Shown here: positions 24,234 to 32,000 of the stretch, piece by piece
How positions within the stretch are numbered: the first letter of the stretch is position 1
Layout of the letters: each line of letters opens with the position of its first letter
Assembly: GCF_000008465.1 (NCBI RefSeq)
Contig: NC_006512.1
Coordinates: forward strand, 1,320,001 to 1,352,000
Source: Idiomarina loihiensis L2TR
Lineage (GTDB): Bacteria; Pseudomonadota; Gammaproteobacteria; Enterobacterales; Alteromonadaceae
Length of the DNA: 32,000 bases
Reading direction: 5' to 3'
The notes under the pieces: generated by a model
What the model saw: the letters and a program-made list of their open reading frames with translations, nothing else
What the model was told of the DNA's origin: nothing
The model's database searches: none
Translations under genes and position numbers: made by a program

Positions 24234-25118
24234 TCAAGAAATAATCATTTGCAGCCATTTTATGAACGCTACCAGGGCTACTGGCTGCCTCTGTCGTTTT
24301 CGATAATAGATGCTTAGCGGATACTGACAGGGCTGTGCGGAGTCGTTATAGACTTTTAAATTAGACAGTCCGGGCGTAATAAGACTACTGTCAATTAATG
24401 CTACGGCTTGTTCAGCGGATGATAAGTCCAGTGACATTTGCACATCATTGCAGTGAATAATGCGTGTGGATTTCAATTGTTGACTGTAGGTCTTTAACAT
24501 TGCCTGATGATCGGGATTCTCAGGGTTTATTAACCAGGGCAACTGGAAAGGTGAGTTATTGGTCTTAATGGCAGAAACCGGGAGCATCTGATTTTTCTGT
24601 AACACAATGGACTGAATGTGCTTATCCGTGACTTTTCCATAACCAATGGCAAGATCCCAGCTTTGGTGTTGTATTGCTGACGCCATTTCTGCGGCGCTTT
24701 CATTAATAAAGTACTCATTGCAACGGCTGAAGCTAAGTTGAATGTGCGGGTACAGAGAATGAAAATCGGCAAGCTTTGCTGCTAACCAAAAGCGCAGTCG
24801 CTCAGAACTGATTGCGACGGTCAACTGGGTTGTTGTATTGTCACTCAGGTTTCGGGTGCGCTCAATGGTACGCTCCAGTTGTTCAAATATTTGCTCAATT
24901 TGAGGGGCTAATTCCAGACCGACAGGAGTGAGCGAATGAACCCGGTTGTCTCGCTGGAACAAACGAACTTCGAGCTGTTCTTCCAGAGTTTGTATTTGTC
25001 GGGTGACGGCAGACTGAGTTACCCCAAGCTCTTGCGAGGCTTGTTTAAAAGAGCCACTTCGGGCGGCGACATCAAACACTCTCAATGCATTTAGTGAGGG
25101 GAGTTTAGTGTTTTTCAT
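24234..25118 (-). CDS. LysR-family transcriptional regulator (GcvA-like subgroup)
   Basis: ATG 25118 gives MKNTKLPSLNALRVFDVAARSGSFKQASQELGVTQSAVTRQIQTLEEQL (LysR HTH). Divergent from a LysE exporter gene. Confidence 0.9.
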   Translation of the reverse strand: MKNTKLPSLNALRVFDVAARSGSFKQASQELGVTQSAVTRQIQTLEEQLEVRLFQRDNRVHSLTPVGLELAPQIEQIFEQLERTIERTRNLSDNTTTQLTVAISSERLRFWLAAKLADFHSLYPHIQLSFSRCNEYFINESAAEMASAIQHQSWDLAIGYGKVTDKHIQSIVLQKNQMLPVSAIKTNNSPFQLPWLINPENPDHQAMLKTYSQQLKSTRIIHCNDVQMSLDLSSAEQAVALIDSSLITPGLSNLKVYNDSAQPCQYPLSIYYRKRQRQPVALVAFIKWLQMIIS

Positions 25119-25122
25119 GTTG

Positions 25123-25145
25123 ATTAATAGTAATCTGTAATTAAT
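25123..25145. promoter_or_regulatory. LysR-type T-N11-A box
   Basis: ATTAAT-N11-ATTAAT sits immediately upstream of the lysR start, in the lysR/lysE divergent region. Confidence 0.4.
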
Positions 25146-25198
25146 AAAAAGTAACTTTGATTCTGGCATCTAAAGTTGAATTGCGCAATAAGGAGTTT

Positions 25199-25846
25199 GT
25201 GTTGTCTTACTGGAGTGAATTTTTAACTATCGCTTTTATCCACCTGTTTGCGGTCGCGAGCCCGGGGCCTGATTTTGCAGTGGTTTCACGTTATAGCCTG
25301 AGTTTTGGTCGTAAGGCAGGTTATTGGGTGAGTTTAGGTGTGGCATCAGGAATCATTATTCATGTTACCTATTCACTTATTGGTGTGGCGCTGATTATTC
25401 ACCAGACCGACTGGCTCTATCAGACTTTACTTTGTGCGGGTGCACTTTATTTAGGCTTCATTGGAACTCAGGCCATTAAAGCTAAACCCAGAAAGGATAT
25501 GTCCGATAGTGAATTGGTTGCTACCCAGCCGCGTAAACGGAAAGCGTTTATTGTCGGTTTTATTACTAATGGCTTAAATGTAAAAGCGACTATTTTCTTT
25601 TTAACTTTATTTACTACTATTATTGCCCCGGAAACGCCTTTTGCTATCCAGTTTGGTTATGGTATTTACCTAATTGTTGCGACCGGTCTGTGGTTTTTAT
25701 TCCTCACCTGGTTGCTAACTCAACCGCGCATTTTTAAAACACTCTGGCATTACAGCCATTGGGTGGACCGTACCATGGGAGCTGCTCTTATTCTATTGTC
25801 GTTAAAATTATTGTGGGAATGGGCAAACCTGATAGAGCTTATCTGA
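25199..25846 (+). CDS. LysE/RhtB-family amino-acid exporter
   Basis: GTG 25199 follows AAGGAG. FIHLFAVASPGPDFAVV is the LysE signature, with about 6 TM. Confidence 0.85.
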   Translation: MLSYWSEFLTIAFIHLFAVASPGPDFAVVSRYSLSFGRKAGYWVSLGVASGIIIHVTYSLIGVALIIHQTDWLYQTLLCAGALYLGFIGTQAIKAKPRKDMSDSELVATQPRKRKAFIVGFITNGLNVKATIFFLTLFTTIIAPETPFAIQFGYGIYLIVATGLWFLFLTWLLTQPRIFKTLWHYSHWVDRTMGAALILLSLKLLWEWANLIELI

Positions 25847-25905
25847 TAAAGCGTTTCAGGTTATACTAGTTACAGTTACCGAAGAAGAGATGAGAACAGC
25901 TCGCT

Positions 25906-26790
25906 ATGCAGTTATTTGTGAATGATTTGACCGTTATTGATTGCTCTTACTTATGCCCGGAAAGGGGGATAGTTGGTGAGAGTTGGATTGTTGATATCGT
26001 GCTGGATGGCGCGTTAAATGAGCAATCTATGGTGCTCGACTTTGGTCGGGTTAAAAAGCAGGTTAAAGCCATTATCGATAACTCGGTTGATCATAAACTG
26101 GTTGTACCGGCAGAGCATTCGTATACAAAAGTTACGCACAACTCTGATGACAGCGCTAACTGGGTCGATTTTCTGCGCCCGGAACAAGGTTCTATTCATT
26201 TGTTTTGCCCGGCCGATGCCTTTGCCTTTATCGATGCAGATGTCGTTTCCATGGAGACAGTAACGGACTACCTGAAAGCCGTTATAAAGCGCGAGTTACC
26301 GGTTAATGTCGAAGGTCTGCAGTTGTTTTTGAGACCTGAAAATATCGATGGTTTTTATTATCACTACACACATGGTTTGAAAAAGCACGACGGTAATTGC
26401 CAACGTATTGCTCATGGTCATCGTTCAAAAATTCAAATTCGACTGGATAACATTCGCCAACCGGTGTTGGAAAAAGAATGGTCAGATAAGTGGGAAGACA
26501 TCTATCTAGGCACTACCGAAGATGTTCGTTCGAAAAAGGAACTGACACTGTCCGAGGCTGCAACGTCGGCAACCAGCGACTCGACTCATACCTATTACAG
26601 CTACGTTGCTGACCAGGGGCTGTTTGAGCTTATTGTTCCGAATGCAGAGAACTTTGTTATAGAGACAGACTCAACAGTTGAGTGTATTGCCGATTTTCTC
26701 GCAGCAGAAATTAAATCTAAGCATGCGGGTCAGGCTGTAGAAGTTCGCGCCTTCGAAGGGGTAGGAAAAGGAGCAATTGCCTATGCGTAA
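25906..26790 (+). CDS. Two-domain 6-pyruvoyl-tetrahydropterin synthase / QueD-like family protein
   Basis: 294 aa. N-half has MVLDFGRVKKQVKAIIDNSVDHKLVVP and C-half has NCQRIAHGHRSKIQI, which resemble PTPS/QueD motifs (DF..LK...LDH and C-x-HGH). Recognition-based only. Confidence 0.5.
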   Translation: MQLFVNDLTVIDCSYLCPERGIVGESWIVDIVLDGALNEQSMVLDFGRVKKQVKAIIDNSVDHKLVVPAEHSYTKVTHNSDDSANWVDFLRPEQGSIHLFCPADAFAFIDADVVSMETVTDYLKAVIKRELPVNVEGLQLFLRPENIDGFYYHYTHGLKKHDGNCQRIAHGHRSKIQIRLDNIRQPVLEKEWSDKWEDIYLGTTEDVRSKKELTLSEAATSATSDSTHTYYSYVADQGLFELIVPNAENFVIETDSTVECIADFLAAEIKSKHAGQAVEVRAFEGVGKGAIAYA

Positions 26791-27604
26791 AATGATTGTT
26801 GCCGCTGCTTTAGCGCTGTGTTCGGCGAATGTGGCCTCAGCCGATGAGTCTTTGCCGCTGGAAATAAAAGGTTCTTTGACTCAGGGGGCTTTAATTCTGG
26901 CTAAATCTGAGCCCGGTGTTACTGCAACATTGAACGGCGAAGCTCTGCAGGTAACCGAGCAGGGGTATATTGTTTTTGGTTTTCCGCGTAAGGCTGAGTT
27001 AGAAAATACCTTAGTTGTCAGTAAAGGCGATGAAACTATCACTAAGAAACTCAAACTGGCGCCTCGTGAATACAAGATTGATCGTGTCGATGGTGTACCG
27101 CAAAAGACCGTGACACCAGACCCTGAACAAGTAAAACGAGCCAGAAAAGAAGCGGAAAAAGTTTGGCTGGCCAGACAAAAAGAAACCACACGAACGGATT
27201 TTTTGACTGCAATTACTAAACCCGCCGAAGGCCGCATTAGTGGTGTTTACGGCAGTCAGCGAATTTTTAACGGCGAGCCCCGAAACCCGCACTATGGGCA
27301 AGATATCGCCGGGCCAACAGGAACTCAGGTTAAAGCGCCGTGGCCGGGCGAAGTCGTTCTGGCTGAACCTGATTTATTTTACTCAGGCGGTACCATCATT
27401 ATTGAACATGGCTATAAAGTGAACACAACATATTTGCACCTGAGTGAACTGCATGTTGAGGTTGGTGACAAAGTAGAGCAGGGCGATTCAATTGGTGCTA
27501 TAGGTGCCACAGGCCGTGCTACGGGGCCTCACCTAGACTGGCGGGTTAACTGGGGAAATGAGCGGTTAGACCCTGCGTTACTTCCCCAGCTTTATCAGGA
27601 TTAA
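26783..27604 (+). CDS. M23-family (LytM-type) metallopeptidase, exported
   Basis: ATG 26783 lies 9 nt after AAAGGAG. Signal peptide present. HYGQDIAGPTGTQV and GATGRATGPHLDWRV (HxxxD and HxH motifs). Overlaps the upstream gene by 8 nt. Confidence 0.9.
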   Translation: MRKMIVAAALALCSANVASADESLPLEIKGSLTQGALILAKSEPGVTATLNGEALQVTEQGYIVFGFPRKAELENTLVVSKGDETITKKLKLAPREYKIDRVDGVPQKTVTPDPEQVKRARKEAEKVWLARQKETTRTDFLTAITKPAEGRISGVYGSQRIFNGEPRNPHYGQDIAGPTGTQVKAPWPGEVVLAEPDLFYSGGTIIIEHGYKVNTTYLHLSELHVEVGDKVEQGDSIGAIGATGRATGPHLDWRVNWGNERLDPALLPQLYQD

Positions 27605-29370
27605 CCGGAAGGGGTTAACCAGCCTTTCAGCTTATCTGGTTGTTCTACGCTTAAAACATAGCTGCTTTTAGCGGGTTCCTGCCAGGTAAGCTCCAGTGTC
27701 ATTAACTCGTCGCGGCGAAACGCATGAATTGTCACCGTGTCTCCGGGAATATACCGCTCCAGAATTCGTTTAACCGACTGCTCAGTGGCCTGCAAATGAT
27801 CAATTGCGATGATTTTGTCGCCTGCAGAAAGACCTGCGTGATAAGCGCTTTCATCATGATACACATTAAGAACGTCCAAACCCTGCGGTGATGCTTTGTA
27901 CTTAGCCCCAAAGTTGACACGCGCAGGCTGTTCTGACGCTTTTCCACCGACGCTGTTATCATCAACGGGCACCTGTTTTTGAACCATAACGCCAAAGTTT
28001 TGCAGTAACTCCACAAGCGACAGCGATTCTTTGTTGTATAAAGCGTCTTTTAGGAAGTCCGAAATATCAATGCCCGGATACTGGTTTAGCCAATTAATGA
28101 CTGTGTCGTCGGCTGTACCAATAGATGTTTTACCAAACTCATGCCAAAGCTCTTTCATGACTCTTGCAAGCGTCAGTTTATGGTCGGATTGCAGACGCAA
28201 CATGAGATCGAGGCTAAGTGCTATTAATGCACCTTTCGCGTAATAGCTGACAATACTGTTCGGCGCATTCTCGTTCTGCTGATAAAACTTAGTCCAGGCC
28301 AGAAAGCTCGACTCTGTCACGCTTTGTTGGTATTGCCCGGCACCACGCTCAACCCGCGATAGAGTGTCACCCAAAAGCTTTAAATAACGCTTTTCGTCAA
28401 TAATGCCGCTGGTGTGCAAAAGGTAATCGTCAAAGTAGGATGTCATACCTTCGTAGAACCAGAGTTGCTCAGTGTACGACTCTTTCTCCAACTGATAAGG
28501 AAGAAAAGCCTTTGGTTTCAGAGTTTTAATATTCCAGCTGTGGAAGTATTCGTGGCAACACAAGCTCAAAAAGGTTTGATAGTTGTCATTCATTTCGTAT
28601 TGATGAGCACTGATTAAATCTTTACGGCTGCAAAGTAGTGCGGTTGAATTTCTGTGTTCGAGTCCGCCGAAACCATTTCCTACCACCATGGTCAGGAAGG
28701 TATAAGACTGAAAAGGTGCTTCTTCAAACAGGCTAATCTGAGTTTCGCAAATTTTGGCTAAATCTGCCGTTATGCGCGAGGTATCAGCATAATGGCGGCC
28801 GCTTAAGACCAGAGAGTGCTTAATGCCGTGAGCAATAAACTCCTCAATGGTTAAGTCTCCAATTAAAAAAGGATAGTCAATTAGCGCATCATAATTATCG
28901 GCTCGGAAGCATCCCCAGGAATGTGGTTGCCCACTTTTTCGGGGCATCCCGGTCGCGACCTTCCACAGAGGGGCTTCTGGCGGCGCATGCAAGTGCAGTT
29001 CACAGGGAAGGTCGGTTTGTCCCTCAACTGCAAGACACAGGCTGGTATTATTAAAGAAACCCTGAAACTGGTCCAGATAAGCCGAACGAACCGATAGGTC
29101 CCAGGCGTATACCTGATAGTGCACAGTAACAGGATGCTTCGAACGAGCCAGTTGCCAGCGGTTCTTACTTATTTGCTTAACCGGCAGGGAAAGGCCGTTA
29201 CTCTCGGCGTGTAAACCAATAATGTGCTTACTAAAATCCCGTATTAAATAACTGCCCGGAATCCAGTTAGGTAACCAGAGTTCCTGCTCATCGTTCGTTT
29301 GTTCAATAGTGAGAGAGACATTAAATAAATGCCCATGTAAATCGATGGGTGTTATATCGTAAGCGATCAA
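27601..29370 (-). CDS. M61-family glycyl aminopeptidase-like metallopeptidase with a C-terminal PDZ domain
   Basis: 589 aa. HEYFHSWN (HExxH) and a PDZ-like GLSAGDKIIAID. Confidence 0.9.
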   Translation of the reverse strand: MIAYDITPIDLHGHLFNVSLTIEQTNDEQELWLPNWIPGSYLIRDFSKHIIGLHAESNGLSLPVKQISKNRWQLARSKHPVTVHYQVYAWDLSVRSAYLDQFQGFFNNTSLCLAVEGQTDLPCELHLHAPPEAPLWKVATGMPRKSGQPHSWGCFRADNYDALIDYPFLIGDLTIEEFIAHGIKHSLVLSGRHYADTSRITADLAKICETQISLFEEAPFQSYTFLTMVVGNGFGGLEHRNSTALLCSRKDLISAHQYEMNDNYQTFLSLCCHEYFHSWNIKTLKPKAFLPYQLEKESYTEQLWFYEGMTSYFDDYLLHTSGIIDEKRYLKLLGDTLSRVERGAGQYQQSVTESSFLAWTKFYQQNENAPNSIVSYYAKGALIALSLDLMLRLQSDHKLTLARVMKELWHEFGKTSIGTADDTVINWLNQYPGIDISDFLKDALYNKESLSLVELLQNFGVMVQKQVPVDDNSVGGKASEQPARVNFGAKYKASPQGLDVLNVYHDESAYHAGLSAGDKIIAIDHLQATEQSVKRILERYIPGDTVTIHAFRRDELMTLELTWQEPAKSSYVLSVEQPDKLKGWLTPSG

Positions 29371-29446
29371 GATACTCTCCTTTGCTTGACACAGCCTGAC
29401 AACTAGCGATCATAGTAACATATTGATTCATCGCAAAGAGACCCCT

Positions 29447-30136
29447 ATGCCAAGCAAAATTTCGCAGCTCGTTACAGGTCAGAAAATAGAAGTTCAACTG
29501 TCCAGTTCGAACGTTCCGGCTCGGTTTTATTCGGAGTTTATTGGTGCGGTTAACGAGCGCTGGGTTATCGTTAATATGCCCGACGCGCGTAAATACAATG
29601 ACATGCGTGATCTTTTGCAGGAGAAAACACCGGTTATTGTCCGCTTTGTTCTGGAAAACGAAAGTGGTGAAATTTGTGCGTTTCGCAGTGAAATAAGCTA
29701 TGTCATCTCACACCCGACGAAAATGCTTTTTATTATGTGGCCAAATCAGATTGAGCATCGGATTATTAGAAAAGGGCGTCGATTTGACGCCTTTTTACCT
29801 GCTTCAGTCTCAGGGCAGTCGGTAAAAGGCGAGGAGAATACTTTCAGAGGACACGTGCTGGATGTATCTGAAAGTGGGTGTCGCCTAAAGCATGAAAAGC
29901 CTGAAGGTAAAATAGACGAGCTTTGGGAGAATGGCAGCAAAATTGTTCTTAAAATAGAACAGAAAAATAACGGCGACTTAACCCTTAAAGCTATAGTCCG
30001 GCAGGTAAAGCAAGTGGATGACCAGCTTGAGTTAGGTGTGCAGTTTATGGGGAACCAGAAAGATGAGGTTAACTCTCTTTTCTCCGGAAGCCTTGTGGAT
30101 ATTGACGAGTTGTCGCGTTTAGAGTCCTCAACATAA
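29447..30136 (+). CDS. YcgR-like PilZ-domain (c-di-GMP receptor) protein
   Basis: The first ATG is at 29447 (the track start at 29423 is TTG). PilZ motifs RIIRKGRR (RxxxR) and DVSESGC (D/NxSxxG). An N-terminal PilZN-like beta domain. Confidence 0.7.
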   Translation: MPSKISQLVTGQKIEVQLSSSNVPARFYSEFIGAVNERWVIVNMPDARKYNDMRDLLQEKTPVIVRFVLENESGEICAFRSEISYVISHPTKMLFIMWPNQIEHRIIRKGRRFDAFLPASVSGQSVKGEENTFRGHVLDVSESGCRLKHEKPEGKIDELWENGSKIVLKIEQKNNGDLTLKAIVRQVKQVDDQLELGVQFMGNQKDEVNSLFSGSLVDIDELSRLESST

Positions 30137-31230
30137 TGGAGAAACCGATAAAAACGCAGTGGCAACTATTGATGGATAACCGTAACAGGTTCTTTTGGTT
30201 GCTGCAGGCGGGAGGCTGGATAGGTTATGCGTTAGTGAACTACATAGGGTCACTAATGCATGAAATGCGGGATATCTACACCCTCATTATTATTTTGGGG
30301 GCGTATGCCGGCTTTTTGAGTACGATTCCGCTTCGCTATTTGTACCGGCGTATATGGGAGTTCCCCCCGGCACTTATGGTTTTAATTGCCATTGTGGTGT
30401 CTTATGTTACCGCTGTAGCCTGGGCCATTGTTGATAACGCAACTTACTGGGAAATTTATAAATTCGGTTTTCGTCCGGACAGTCCCTTTTTCTATTTGAA
30501 AAACAGTTTGGCCAAGTTTTATATCATTCTTAGCTGGAGCGGACTTTATTTTGGTATTAAGTATTATCAGATGCTGCAGGAAGAGAAGCAAAAAGCGTTA
30601 CTGGCTTCATCTATGGCGCATCAGGCGCAGTTGAAAATGCTACGATACCAGCTCAATCCGCATTTTTTGTTTAATACCTTAAACGCAATTTCTACGCTTA
30701 TTTTGCTCAAAGAGAATGAAAAAGCCAATTTGATGGTGAATAAGCTAAGCCACTTCCTGCGTTTTTCTTTAGATAATGAACCGATTAAAAAAGTGACTCT
30801 GGAAAAAGAAGTGGATGCCTTGCTTTTGTATCTGGATATTGAAAAAGTACGTTTTGACGAGCAGCTTGAAATTGATATTCATTTGTCAGATGAAACCAAG
30901 AATGCTCTGGTTCCTAGTTTAATTTGTCAGCCTTTAATCGAGAACTCAATTAAGTACGCCATTTCAAATGTAGAAGGGGTGGGGAAAATCAGAGTTCGTT
31001 CCTGGTCAGAAAAAGAGAACCTGATTTTGGAGGTGTGTGATAATGGGCCGAAAATTGAAACGGATCCGGAAAAGCTATTCCGCAAAGACGGTGTCGGGCT
31101 TAATAACACTCGTCAAAGGCTTAAATCCTTATATGGTAAGCAGTATAGGTTTGAAATGCTAAAAGGTGCTGAGAGCGGTCTTTGTGTTCGTATTACCATT
31201 CCGATGGAAATGTTGGAGAGTCAAAGATGA
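30136..31230 (+). CDS. LytS/AlgZ(FimS)-type sensor histidine kinase
   Basis: 364 aa with about 4-5 N-terminal TM. His_kinase motif LRYQLNPHFLFNTLNAISTL and an HATPase region (NSIKYA...DNGP...GVGLNNTRQRL). The start shares one base with the PilZ stop (TAATG). Confidence 0.9.
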   Translation: MEKPIKTQWQLLMDNRNRFFWLLQAGGWIGYALVNYIGSLMHEMRDIYTLIIILGAYAGFLSTIPLRYLYRRIWEFPPALMVLIAIVVSYVTAVAWAIVDNATYWEIYKFGFRPDSPFFYLKNSLAKFYIILSWSGLYFGIKYYQMLQEEKQKALLASSMAHQAQLKMLRYQLNPHFLFNTLNAISTLILLKENEKANLMVNKLSHFLRFSLDNEPIKKVTLEKEVDALLLYLDIEKVRFDEQLEIDIHLSDETKNALVPSLICQPLIENSIKYAISNVEGVGKIRVRSWSEKENLILEVCDNGPKIETDPEKLFRKDGVGLNNTRQRLKSLYGKQYRFEMLKGAESGLCVRITIPMEMLESQR

Positions 31231-32000
31231 ATCGATTGAAAACCCTGGTTATTGACGATGAGCCCCTCGCCAGAAAGGGGTTGGCTATTCGTTTACAGGC
31301 GTTTGAGCAACTGCAGTTAATGCCCGAGTGCAAAAGCAGCAGGGAAGCCGTCGATATCATTATCGAAAATAAACCTGATCTGATTTTTCTCGATATACAA
31401 ATGCCCGGGCTTAATGGCTTTGAAGTATTAAAAGCTGTGCAGGAGAAGGGACATGAGTTGCCAGTCGTTGTTTTTGTAACAGCTTATGACACCTACGCTA
31501 TCAAAGCCTTTGAAGTCAGGGCGTTAGATTATTTGTTGAAGCCCGTTGATGACGACCGCTTGGCTGAATGCGTTAACCGCGTTATAAGCGAGCATCAGAC
31601 GGTTAACGACGAGCACCAGGAAAAACTGATCAGTTTAGTTGCGGAGGTAACCGGGCAAGATACGCATACTCTATTACAGAAGCTGGCTTCAGGCGAAAGT
31701 ATTACCGCAGACCAATATCCGGAATATATCGCTATAAAGGACAGCGGTGAGATAACCCGGGTTGCCGTCAAAGACATTAAGTGGATTGATGCCGCTGGAG
31801 ATTACATGTGTATACATGCCGGTGACGATACCCACATTCTGCGACGCACAATGAAAGAACTGGAGCAGGACTTAAACCCTAAGCTGTTTCAGCGGGTTCA
31901 TCGTTCCGCCATTGTTAACATTAAACAGGTTGAAAAGCTCTGTAACCAACAAAATGGCGAATATCATTTACAATTAAAAAATGGTCAAAAACTGAAAGTA
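31227..32000 (+). CDS. LytTR/AlgR-family response regulator (3' end beyond the window)
   Basis: ATGA overlap with the kinase stop. Receiver domain (LVIDDEPLAR...DLIFLDIQMPGLNGFE...VFVTAYD). LytTR domain (IKWIDAAGDYMCIHAGDDTHILRRTMKELE...FQRVHRSAIVNI). Open to base 32000. Confidence 0.9.
   Translation, partial: MNRLKTLVIDDEPLARKGLAIRLQAFEQLQLMPECKSSREAVDIIIENKPDLIFLDIQMPGLNGFEVLKAVQEKGHELPVVVFVTAYDTYAIKAFEVRALDYLLKPVDDDRLAECVNRVISEHQTVNDEHQEKLISLVAEVTGQDTHTLLQKLASGESITADQYPEYIAIKDSGEITRVAVKDIKWIDAAGDYMCIHAGDDTHILRRTMKELEQDLNPKLFQRVHRSAIVNIKQVEKLCNQQNGEYHLQLKNGQKLKV

Noticed and set aside
27601-27604. Convergent M23 and M61 genes with overlapping stop codons (TTAA), and the 5-nt gap between the 20127 gene and alkB
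   Set aside because: Convergent gene ends this tight are common in compact bacterial genomes. On their own they are not evidence of a functional system. The alkB case is mentioned only as context.

Overview
This is a densely coding 32-kb segment with gene content typical of a marine gammaproteobacterium (Alteromonadales-like). The host DNA looks moderately AT-rich by eye. GC content was not computed and the taxon cannot be fixed without a database search. I found about 38 CDS and no rRNA, tRNA or CRISPR array.

Gene order, left to right:
1. A TonB-dependent receptor, followed by two paralogous PepSY/VciB-like two-TM proteins. The second is fused to an NqrF-type 2Fe-2S module and runs off the left edge.
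2. A glutaredoxin-MauE fusion gene, divergent from the receptor across an AT-rich region that carries three GTTG-N6-CAAC dyads.
3. A tightly packed nine-gene minus-strand copper-resistance operon: His/Cys/Met-rich small protein, DUF411 CopG, a dedicated TatA paralog, CopA, CopB, CopC, CopD, a secreted SnoaL-like protein, and a His-tagged APC permease. It ends at a bidirectional terminator.
4. A visibly GC-rich, exactly 3372-bp ISL3-family element with 24-bp inverted repeats. It carries a transposase plus lspA, a CDF metal exporter and a MerR-type regulator, which is an ISPpu12-like layout. I see no target-site duplication.
5. The ydbH-ynbE-ydbL intermembrane lipid-transport operon plus an unknown secreted protein.
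6. A 436-aa orphan cytoplasmic protein.
7. A coupled PepSY-lipoprotein / cytochrome b561 / GNAT / AlkB gene string.
8. A PagL-like gene, a LysR/LysE pair, a double-domain PTPS-like protein, and M23 and M61 peptidases.
9. A translationally coupled PilZ / LytS-like kinase / LytTR regulator operon, which runs off the right edge.

All calls rest on my own reading of the translations and motifs. No BLAST or HMM search was possible, so family assignments are recognition-based. The candidates I rate most worth follow-up are the split PepSY pair with its fused reductase, and the copper operon with its own TatA and unusual accessory genes.
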